From: Sandaracinaceae bacterium
GTDB taxonomy: Bacteria > Myxococcota_A > Polyangia > Polyangiales > Sandaracinaceae
Assembly (NCBI GenBank): GCA_044220955.1
Contig: JBGAQA010000084.1
Span: forward strand, 7,112 to 30,940
Direction: 5' to 3'
Length of the DNA stretch: 23,829 bases
Within the stretch, counting starts at the first letter, position 1; every line of letters starts with the position of its first letter. Below are positions 17,157 to 23,829 of the stretch, one piece after another. Position numbers and translations under genes: made by a program. The notes beneath the pieces were generated by a model, which saw only the letters and a list, made by a program, of their open reading frames with translations, did no database searches and was not told the origin of the DNA.

Positions 17157-17164
17157 CGTCCCCG

Positions 17165-18256
17165 GTGGACCTGCACGTCGAGGAGCACGTCGTCGGGAGC
17201 GCGGAGCCAGGCGCTGCGCTGCCGCTCGTCGTGGCGCTGCACGGGCGCGGCGGGACGCCCGCGCTCCCCTCGCTCGCCGCCGTGCGCGGCGCCGTGCGCG
17301 TGCTCGTCCCGCGCGGCCCTCACGAGGTCGCCGGCGCGCGGGCGTGGTCGCCGATCTCGGTCACGAGCGGACGCATCGAGGCGCTGGCCGAGGATCTCGC
17401 GCGCTCCGCCGAGGCGCTCGACGCGGTCGTCGCGGCACGCGCGGCGACCGGCCCGGTCGTCCTCGCCGGCTACTCGCAGGGCGCGATGGCCGCGCTCGCG
17501 CTCGCCGCGCGTGGCTCACGCCGGTACCTGCTCGTCCTCGGCGCGTCGTGGGCACCGCCGGCGATCGAGGCGGACCTCGCCGCTCGGGCGATCGTCTCGA
17601 TCCGCGCCGCCCACGGTGACGCCGACGCGATCGTGCCCTGCGCCCCTACCGCCCACCTCTACGAGCGCCTGCGATCGCACGGGATCGACGCGTCCCTGCA
17701 GACCTTCGCGGGCGTGGGGCACGAGGCCTCGCCCGCGATGACGCACGCGCTCGAGCGGTGGCTCGGCGAGGCGGTCGATCGCGCCCGCGATCCACGTATA
17801 CTCGCCGCGGAGGTGGTCCCCGTGCTCGACATCCTTCTCGGTCCGGACGTGTTCGTGAATGCATCGGTCGCAGCGGGGACGCCGCCCGAGCACATCGCCC
17901 GGCGCGTGCTGGGTAAGCCCGGCGCGAAGCCGAAGTCCACGCGCTGGGTGATGACCTGGGTGCGAGCGCTCCTCACGAAGGCGCCCGGCTTCCGGGCCGA
18001 CCACGTGGACGAGCAGATGAAGACGATCGAGGGGCTGCTCGAGATCGTGGAGCTGCAGGACAAGACCCCCGAGGGCGACTGGGTGAAGGGCCTGGTGGCG
18101 AGCGCGAAGGCCGCGGGCCTCAAGCGCGTCGTGACCGACCACCCGGACCTGGCCGACAAGACCGAGGTCGACGGCATCGTGTTCCTCTCCAGCGAGGCGT
18201 GGCTGGTCGAGCAGACGACGCCGCCGCCGCCGCCGCCGCCGAAGAAGAAGGAGTGA
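17165..18256 (+). CDS. Phospholipase/carboxylesterase (alpha/beta hydrolase) reading in frame, without a stop, into a PIN-like domain
   Basis: LVVALHGRG, GYSQG nucleophile, HGDAD, GVGH triad residues. The esterase domain ends near 17790 with no stop codon. Confidence 0.8.
   Translation: MDLHVEEHVVGSAEPGAALPLVVALHGRGGTPALPSLAAVRGAVRVLVPRGPHEVAGARAWSPISVTSGRIEALAEDLARSAEALDAVVAARAATGPVVLAGYSQGAMAALALAARGSRRYLLVLGASWAPPAIEADLAARAIVSIRAAHGDADAIVPCAPTAHLYERLRSHGIDASLQTFAGVGHEASPAMTHALERWLGEAVDRARDPRILAAEVVPVLDILLGPDVFVNASVAAGTPPEHIARRVLGKPGAKPKSTRWVMTWVRALLTKAPGFRADHVDEQMKTIEGLLEIVELQDKTPEGDWVKGLVASAKAAGLKRVVTDHPDLADKTEVDGIVFLSSEAWLVEQTTPPPPPPPKKKE
17822..18256 (+). CDS. Degenerate PIN-domain-like protein with its own start
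   Basis: SD GGAGGT (17809-17814) and GTG 17822; TATACT at 17797-17802. ILLGPDVFVNA...AKAAG...VVTDHPDL...GIVFLS..WL follows the PIN_3 pattern. Confidence 0.65.
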   Translation: MLDILLGPDVFVNASVAAGTPPEHIARRVLGKPGAKPKSTRWVMTWVRALLTKAPGFRADHVDEQMKTIEGLLEIVELQDKTPEGDWVKGLVASAKAAGLKRVVTDHPDLADKTEVDGIVFLSSEAWLVEQTTPPPPPPPKKKE

Positions 18257-18264
18257 GCCCGGTC

Positions 18265-18447
18265 ATGGTCGAGCCCGCCGCGCCGCGCGGCCCGCGTCGC
18301 TTCGACGGCAAGCCCATCGCCATCGGGCTGGCGATCTTCATGGTCGTCGGGACCGCGCTCACCACCTACTTCTCCTGGAGGAACGAGCTCGCGCTCCAGC
18401 GCGCCGCCGACGCGGCCGACCGAGGCGCCTCCGCCCCGGCTCCCTAG
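18265..18447 (+). CDS. Small single-TM protein (60 aa)
   Basis: TM IAIGLAIFMVVGTALTTYFSW; AAGGAG upstream; alternative GTG 18253 overlaps the previous stop. Confidence 0.65.
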   Translation: MVEPAAPRGPRRFDGKPIAIGLAIFMVVGTALTTYFSWRNELALQRAADAADRGASAPAP

Positions 18448-18469
18448 GCGGGCTGCCGGGGCGCGGGCC

Positions 18470-18498
18470 TTGCCACGGGGCTCCGACGGCGGCAGAGT
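18470..18498 (+). promoter_or_regulatory. Putative sigma70-type promoter
   Basis: TTGCCA-N17-CAGAGT, 16 nt before ATG 18515. Confidence 0.45.
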
Positions 18499-18514
18499 AC
18501 CGCGGCTCCTTCGA

Positions 18515-18991
18515 ATGCACCGCGTCTCCGCGATCGCTCTGCTCACCTGCGCGCCGCTGCTGTTCACGCAGTCGGCGCTGGCGCAGGACTGCTTCTGCGG
18601 CGCCGGGCCCTGGCAGGTCGCGCCCACCTTCGGGCTCGTGGAGGTCGCGCCGGAGGCCCTGATCGACGGTCCGGACGCGCTCGTCGCGCCCGAGACGCCC
18701 GACACGACCATCGAGAGCAGCGTGAGCGCGACGGCGACTGCGGCGGCGGTCCCGGTCGCCCCCGTCGTCCTCTGGTGCACGAGCGGCAACGACCCGCGTT
18801 GCATGCCCATGCACCCGAGCGACACGCCAGGGTTCCGGGCGCTCGGCGGCGGGCCGGTGGCCGTCGGGGTCGAGCTCGCGCGGGCCCCGCTCGCGCGCGT
18901 CGCCCGCGCGATGATCTCGATGACGCCCGCGGAGGGCCTGGCCCCCGCCCGTGGCGTCGTGACGTCGATCGAGCGCCCGCCCCGAGGCTGA
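18515..18991 (+). CDS. Exported Cys-containing hypothetical protein ending in ERPPRG (candidate regulatory uORF)
   Basis: Signal peptide MHRVSAIALL...SALA|QD; CFC and C-x7-C in the mature part; C-terminus TSIERPPRG. Confidence 0.75.
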   Translation: MHRVSAIALLTCAPLLFTQSALAQDCFCGAGPWQVAPTFGLVEVAPEALIDGPDALVAPETPDTTIESSVSATATAAAVPVAPVVLWCTSGNDPRCMPMHPSDTPGFRALGGGPVAVGVELARAPLARVARAMISMTPAEGLAPARGVVTSIERPPRG

Positions 18992-19143
18992 GCCGCACCT
19001 CCTTCGGCCCGATCGCGCGCGCCCCATCGGCTGCGCGCATCGCACGCGCTTTTCACGTTCGATGGTTCCAGGTTCGCGTCGGGATCGTTCGGTCCGTTCC
19101 TCGGGCCGCGCGCCCCCGTCGCCTTCGAGAAATGGTGTTTCCT

Positions 19144-21249
19144 ATGGCAAAGCAGACATATCGAGAGCCCCCGCCCCCGCAGGGCGGGATGATGAGCGTT
19201 CCTTCGGCGGTCATCCTGACCCTCATCGCCTTCGTCGGCGGTCTCTTCATCGGCCACGTCACGGCCCGCCGCGAGGGCGGTGGCGCCGAGGTGGCCGAGG
19301 CCGACGGCACGCGCGAGGGCGCGGGCGGCGGCGACCACGGCCCGACGATCGACGACGAGGTCGATCGCCTCCGGGTCGACGTCAGCGACGAGATGCCCCA
19401 GCGCGGTCCGGACGACGCGCTCGTCACGATCGCGATGTTCTCGGACTTCCAGTGTCCCTTCTGCGGCCGCGTCGAGCCCACCGTCACGCGCATCCGCGAG
19501 CAGTACGGCGACCGCGTCCGCGTCGTCTGGCGCAACAACCCGCTCCCCTTCCACGACAACGCGATGCCCGCGGCCGAGGCCGCCGCCGAGGCGTACGCGC
19601 AGGGCGGGGACACCAAGTTCTGGCAGATGCACGACACCATGATGGAGCACCAGACGGAGCTCGATCGTGCGCACCTCGAGCAGTACGCGCAGCAGATCGG
19701 CCTCGACATGACGCGCTTCCGCGCGGCGCTCGACAACCACACGCACCAGGCCGCCATCCAGGCGGACGTGGCCGCGGCGGCGCGCGTCGGCGCGCGCGGT
19801 ACGCCGGCGTTCTTCATCAACGGCCGGAACCTCATGGGCGCGCAGCCCTTCGAGCAGTTCCAGACGATCATCGACGACGAGATCCACCGCGCCGAGGCGC
19901 AGGTCGCGCACGGCACGCCGCGCGCGCAGCTCTACGCGGCGCTCATGCGCGGCGCGTCGGCCTCGGCTCCGGAAGAGGCGGCCCCCTCGGCCGCCCCGAC
20001 CAAGGCGCCGCCGCGGCCGCAGCCGGATCCGAACGCGGTCTACCGCGTGCCGGTGACGGCGGACCAGCCGGTGCGTGGTCGCGCGGACGCGCTCGTCACG
20101 ATGGTCGTGTTCTCGGACTTCCAGTGCCCCTTCTGCTCGCGCGTCGAGCCGACCGTCACCCAGCTCATCGAGCAGTACGGCAACGACCTGCGCGTCGTCT
20201 GGCGCAACAACCCGCTCCCGTTCCACCAGAACGCGGGCCCGGCCGCCGAGCTCTCGGTCGAGGCCTTCGTCCAGCAGGGCAGCGAGGGCTTCTGGCGCAT
20301 GCACGACACGCTCTTCGAGCACCAGAGCGAGCTCGATCGCGCCCACCTCGAGGGCTACGCCGAGGCGCAGGGCCTGAACATGACGGCGGTGCGCAACTGC
20401 CTCGACAACAACACGCACCAGGCCGCCATCACGGCGGACCAGGATCTCGCGCGCCAGCTCGGCGCGTCGGGCACGCCCTCGTTCTTCATCAACGGCCGCA
20501 ACCTCCGCGGCGCGCAGCCGATCGAGGCGTTCCGCACGGCCATCGACGCGGCGCGCACCGAGGCGCAGGCGCGCGTGGCCGCCGGCACGGCGCGCGGCGC
20601 GGTGTACGAGGCGCTCACGGCGAACGGCGCGACGTCGCCGGTCATGCTCCCGGCCCCGGCCGGTGCGGCTCCGGACGCTCCCCCGGGCGAGGATCCGAAC
20701 CGCGTCTACACGATCCCGATCCCGGCGGCGACGGCAGCGCCCTCGCGCGGCCCGGCCTCGGCGCCCGTCACCATCCAGGTGTTCTCGGACTTCCAGTGCC
20801 CCTTCTGCTCGCGCGTCGAGCCGACGGTCACGCAGTTCATGGAGCGCTACCAGGGCCGCGTGCGCCTCATCTGGCGCAACTACCCGCTGCCCTTCCATCA
20901 GAACGCGACCCCCGCGGCCGAGGCGGCCTCCGAGGTGTTCCACCAGCGCGGCGCCGAGGCGTTCTGGAGCTACCACGACGCCCTCTTCGAGAACCAGTCG
21001 GACCTCTCGCGCGCGACGCTCGAGCGCCTCGCGCAGGCGGTTCCCGGCATCAACATGACCGCGTTCCGCGCGGCGCTCGACAACCACACGCACCAGGCCG
21101 AGATCCAGGCGGACATGGACGCGGTGCGCACGGCGGGCGCGGAGATCGGCACGCCCTCGTTCTTCGTGAACGGCCGCCTCGTGCAGGGCGCGCAGCCGCT
21201 CGAGGCGTTCACCGCCGCGATCGACCGGGCGCTCGCCGAGCACCACTGA
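19144..21249 (+). CDS. Membrane-anchored DsbA-family protein with three thioredoxin domains
   Basis: N-terminal TM; three repeats of FSDFQCPFC...WRNxPLPFH...GTPxFFxNGR..GAQP (CPFC codons at 19453, 20125, 20797). Start is ATG 19144 (or 19132). Confidence 0.95.
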   Translation: MAKQTYREPPPPQGGMMSVPSAVILTLIAFVGGLFIGHVTARREGGGAEVAEADGTREGAGGGDHGPTIDDEVDRLRVDVSDEMPQRGPDDALVTIAMFSDFQCPFCGRVEPTVTRIREQYGDRVRVVWRNNPLPFHDNAMPAAEAAAEAYAQGGDTKFWQMHDTMMEHQTELDRAHLEQYAQQIGLDMTRFRAALDNHTHQAAIQADVAAAARVGARGTPAFFINGRNLMGAQPFEQFQTIIDDEIHRAEAQVAHGTPRAQLYAALMRGASASAPEEAAPSAAPTKAPPRPQPDPNAVYRVPVTADQPVRGRADALVTMVVFSDFQCPFCSRVEPTVTQLIEQYGNDLRVVWRNNPLPFHQNAGPAAELSVEAFVQQGSEGFWRMHDTLFEHQSELDRAHLEGYAEAQGLNMTAVRNCLDNNTHQAAITADQDLARQLGASGTPSFFINGRNLRGAQPIEAFRTAIDAARTEAQARVAAGTARGAVYEALTANGATSPVMLPAPAGAAPDAPPGEDPNRVYTIPIPAATAAPSRGPASAPVTIQVFSDFQCPFCSRVEPTVTQFMERYQGRVRLIWRNYPLPFHQNATPAAEAASEVFHQRGAEAFWSYHDALFENQSDLSRATLERLAQAVPGINMTAFRAALDNHTHQAEIQADMDAVRTAGAEIGTPSFFVNGRLVQGAQPLEAFTAAIDRALAEHH

Positions 21250-21255
21250 TCGGTT

Positions 21256-21293
21256 CCCTCTCCCGCCGGAGTGGGCGAGGACGAGGGTGAGGG
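21256..21293. repeat. REP-like palindrome (CCCTCTCCC...GGGxGAGG...GGGTGAGGG type), copy 1
   Basis: CCCTCTCCCGCCGGAGTGGGCGAGGACGAGGGTGAGGG directly after the dsbA stop. Confidence 0.6.
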
Positions 21294-21295
21294 CG

Positions 21296-21333
21296 AGGGC
21301 GCGATCGCGAGAGCGGTCGCGCCCTTTCTCTTT
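21296..21333 (+). terminator. Intrinsic terminator after the DsbA gene
   Basis: AGGGCGCGATCGC-GAGA-GCGGTCGCGCCCT stem-loop followed by TTCTCTTT. Confidence 0.8.
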
Positions 21334-21343
21334 GGCGCTCGGT

Positions 21344-21391
21344 CCCCTCTCCCACCTCGTGGGAGCCCGTGGCAGAGGTGCAGGTGAGGGC
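21344..21391. repeat. REP-like palindrome, degenerate copy 2
   Basis: CCCCTCTCCCAC-CTC-GTGGGAG...GAGG..CAGGTGAGGGG, in the same orientation as copy 1. Confidence 0.5.
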
Positions 21392-21507
21392 ATGCGGGCC
21401 GAGGGAGTCGAGCGGGGCTTCCGTCTTCTGGACCGTCGGAGGCGCCGTGCTACAGCGGCCTCGCCGCGCGCCGAGGGGGCGTCGCGGCGGAACAAAGGAG
21501 TTCGGGG

Positions 21508-22962
21508 ATGACCTCGAGTCGAGTCGGGCTGCGTGGGATGCTGGTGATCGCGCTCGCCTCGTGCGCGCCTTCTGCGCCCGCGGGGACGGGAGGCACGACC
21601 GGCGAGCACATGGCCACGGGAACCTCCGTCGGCTCCGTCGACGTGACGGGCGACGGCACGCCGGACGGCATGGGCTGGGACACGAACGGGGACGGTCGGG
21701 CCGACGAGATCGACGTCGACGGGGACATGATCATCGACGGCGAGGACAACAACGGCGACGGCACGATCACGCTCTGGGACGAGCTCGGCGAGGGTGCGCT
21801 CCCGCCCACCGCGGACGACGTGGCGACCCAGATCGTGGAGACCGATCCCGACTTCGATCAGGCCCTCGACCCGATGCACCCGCCGGACTCGGTCGACGCG
21901 GCCACCGGCGAGGTCACGCCGCCCGCGCAGCTCATGCTGGGCAGTGGCATCGAGCCCGAGAGCCAGGGGCGGCAGGGCTCCTGCGCCGCGTTCACCAACG
22001 CGGCCCTCGCGACCATCGTGCGCCACGAGCGCGAGGGCGGAGCGCTCGCGATGGAGTGGGCGAGCCCCGCGTACCTCTACGCGTTCCAGGTGCCGGCCTC
22101 GATGTCGACGTGCGGCCAGGGGACGTACATCCAGACGGGGCTCGACGTGCTCGTCCACACCGGGGCCGCGACCCGCGACGAGCTGCCCTACCGCTCGGGC
22201 AACATGCCCATGCTCTGCGAGATGGATCCGACCGCGTCGATGCCCGACGTGTTCCGCATCGGCAGCTACGAGAGCGTGCGGCCCTTCGACAGCGCGCACA
22301 TCCGGGAGTCGCTCGCGGCCGGCTCGCCCATCGCGTTCGGCACGCCGCTCACGAGCGGCTTCATGTCGTGGGCGGGTGAGCCCGCCCGGGAGGTCTTCGA
22401 CTTCGACCTCGCGTCGGGCCCATGCACGGGCCAGCACTGCGGCGGGCACGCGATGCTCGTCGTGGGCTACGACGACGAACGTCGCGCGTTCCGCGTGCTC
22501 AACTCGTGGGGCCCCGACTGGGGCGACGGCGGGTTCTTCTGGCTCACGTACGACTACTTCGACCGCCTCCGGAGCGACGTCTACGGCTTCGCGGTCACGC
22601 TGCTGCCGGGGGCGCCCTCGACGCTCGGCGCGCCGGATCCGACGAACTTCGCTGCCACGCTCGTCGGCTCGCCCGTGCTCCGGGTCGTCGATGGGACACC
22701 CGTGCTGACCGTGCGCGTCTCGCTCTCCGAGCCGATGCGCCTCGCGAGCGTGACGATCACCGACGGGGCCGGGGGCACGGCGACGGTCATGCTCGACCAG
22801 TGGATCTCGTACGGCAACGTGGCGCTGCGGCTGAGCGAGACGCCCGCGCCCGGTGCAGGCACGGTGCGGCTCGCCGGCGCGCTGCGCGGCGACATGGCCG
22901 CGATGGCCGACGTCGCGGTCGAGGTCCCGATGCCGGCGGCCGATCCGGACGGCGCGAACTGA
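21508..22962 (+). CDS. C1 (papain-like) cysteine peptidase, predicted lipoprotein
   Basis: RBS AAAGGAG; lipobox LASC; QGRQGSCAAF (Cys), GGHAMLVVGYDD (His), NSWGPDWGDGG (Asn); four DxxGD acidic loops. Confidence 0.93.
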   Translation: MTSSRVGLRGMLVIALASCAPSAPAGTGGTTGEHMATGTSVGSVDVTGDGTPDGMGWDTNGDGRADEIDVDGDMIIDGEDNNGDGTITLWDELGEGALPPTADDVATQIVETDPDFDQALDPMHPPDSVDAATGEVTPPAQLMLGSGIEPESQGRQGSCAAFTNAALATIVRHEREGGALAMEWASPAYLYAFQVPASMSTCGQGTYIQTGLDVLVHTGAATRDELPYRSGNMPMLCEMDPTASMPDVFRIGSYESVRPFDSAHIRESLAAGSPIAFGTPLTSGFMSWAGEPAREVFDFDLASGPCTGQHCGGHAMLVVGYDDERRAFRVLNSWGPDWGDGGFFWLTYDYFDRLRSDVYGFAVTLLPGAPSTLGAPDPTNFAATLVGSPVLRVVDGTPVLTVRVSLSEPMRLASVTITDGAGGTATVMLDQWISYGNVALRLSETPAPGAGTVRLAGALRGDMAAMADVAVEVPMPAADPDGAN

Positions 22963-22965
22963 TCG

Positions 22966-23694
22966 TCAGCGCCCGAAGACGCCAGTCGCGGCGACCACGA
23001 TGCCGGTCGCCGCGACGGGCGGCAGGTCGCAGCGGCACCGCGCGCAGGGCTCGATGTAGTTCGTCACGACGCGCGCGCTCACCGGGCTCTCGTCGAGCTG
23101 CGTGCCGGCGGACCCGATCAGGCTTCCGCCGTGGCCGTTCATGGAGATCGCGCGCTGCACGCTGCACTCGTCGTCGCAGGCCACGCGCTCGACGCGGATC
23201 GTCATCCCCGGATCGAGGCCCGAGGCGAGCGAGCCCGCGAGCACGTCGAGATCGCCGCCGCAGCTCGCGCAGTCCCGCAGGTCGCTGACGTGGACGTACG
23301 CGCTCGAGCCCTCTATCGTGAGCGTGCCGCTCGCGCCGGGCGGGGCCGTGACGCGCGCGAGCGCGTCGCCGACGTTGCTCACGATCAGATCGAGCGGGCA
23401 GGGCGGCATCCCGCCGCACGTGTCGAGGTGGATGCGCACGCCGTTCGACGCCGGGTCCGCGCTCGCGCCGAGGAAGACGACGCGGATGCCGGCGACCGGC
23501 CCCATGATCGGTGGCTCGAGCCGCACGGTCGCGGCCGCCGGGACCTCGCAGCCGGTCGCCGCGTCGTTCGGCCCCGTGGTGCCCCCCTCGCCGCCCGGGC
23601 CCCCGCCGCCACCGCCGCCGCCGGAGCGCTCGTGGCTCTGGTAGCAGCCGGCGAGGGTCGTCATGACGCCGAGGAAGAGGAGCGCGCGAAGCAT
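22966..23694 (-). CDS. Cys-rich hypothetical lipoprotein
   Basis: MLRALLFLGVMTTLAG|C lipobox, Gly linker, about 10 Cys. ATG 23694 lies 7 nt after TGcCACAAT (the ORF-track start is 23703). Confidence 0.8.
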   Translation of the reverse strand: MLRALLFLGVMTTLAGCYQSHERSGGGGGGGGPGGEGGTTGPNDAATGCEVPAAATVRLEPPIMGPVAGIRVVFLGASADPASNGVRIHLDTCGGMPPCPLDLIVSNVGDALARVTAPPGASGTLTIEGSSAYVHVSDLRDCASCGGDLDVLAGSLASGLDPGMTIRVERVACDDECSVQRAISMNGHGGSLIGSAGTQLDESPVSARVVTNYIEPCARCRCDLPPVAATGIVVAATGVFGR

Positions 23695-23721
23695 GAGCGC
23701 CATTGTGGCATGGGGCGTCGG

Positions 23722-23829
23722 GAGGGCGAGGAGCGAGAGCGAGGGCGAGGGCGAGAGCGAGGTCGAGAGCGAGAGCGAGAGCGAGAGCGAGAGCGAGAGC
23801 GAGAGCGAGAGCGAGAGCGAGAGCGAGAG
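23722..23829. repeat. Hexanucleotide tandem repeat (GAGAGC)n
   Basis: About 11 perfect units from 23765 to the window end, preceded by variant units GAGGGC and GAGGTC. Confidence 0.95.

Noticed and set aside
16802..17164. N-terminal extension of the esterase ORF
   Set aside because: Antisense to the L,D-transpeptidase; hydrolase motifs begin only after GTG 17165.
17822..18447. Type II toxin-antitoxin module
   Set aside because: No DNA-binding antitoxin is present, the PIN acidic residues look degenerate, and the small neighbour is a TM peptide.
19399..21240. Long DNA direct repeats as a possible mobile element or CRISPR
   Set aside because: They are the three in-frame DsbA domains; there is no spacer structure and no cas or transposase genes.
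17659..22449. 1596-aa minus-strand ORF
   Set aside because: Antisense shadow of the DsbA and protease genes. Stop-poor reverse frames are expected at this GC content, and the protein is Arg/Ala-rich with no motifs.

Overview
This is a very GC-rich chromosomal window from a myxobacterium (Myxococcota; Polyangiales/Sandaracinus-like by gene content, which is an inference). The left part is a motor-gene cluster: an aglR-aglQ-aglS (TolQ/TolR/TolR-type gliding stator) operon, a divergent second TolQ-TolR operon that runs off the left edge, and separate extra copies of aglS and aglQ. The middle and right parts carry three Ser/Thr kinases (one translationally coupled to a secreted triple-LysM/TPR protein), a TerB-like protein, a GT-C-like polytopic membrane protein and an L,D-transpeptidase. 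They also carry an esterase that runs in frame into a degenerate PIN-like gene, a triple-DsbA protein, a C1 cysteine-protease lipoprotein and several hypothetical proteins. The window ends in a (GAGAGC)n repeat. I found no rRNA, tRNA, CRISPR array or transposase. The most interesting candidates are: (1) a secreted Cys-containing ORF ending in ERPP, followed by an anti-SD sequence and lying upstream of the triple DsbA, which may be an arrest-peptide sensor of export or disulfide status; (2) spare AglQ/AglS stator subunits; (3) a split LysM/kinase peptidoglycan sensor; (4) pervasive leaderless promoter architecture. All family calls come from motif recognition by eye; no searches were run.
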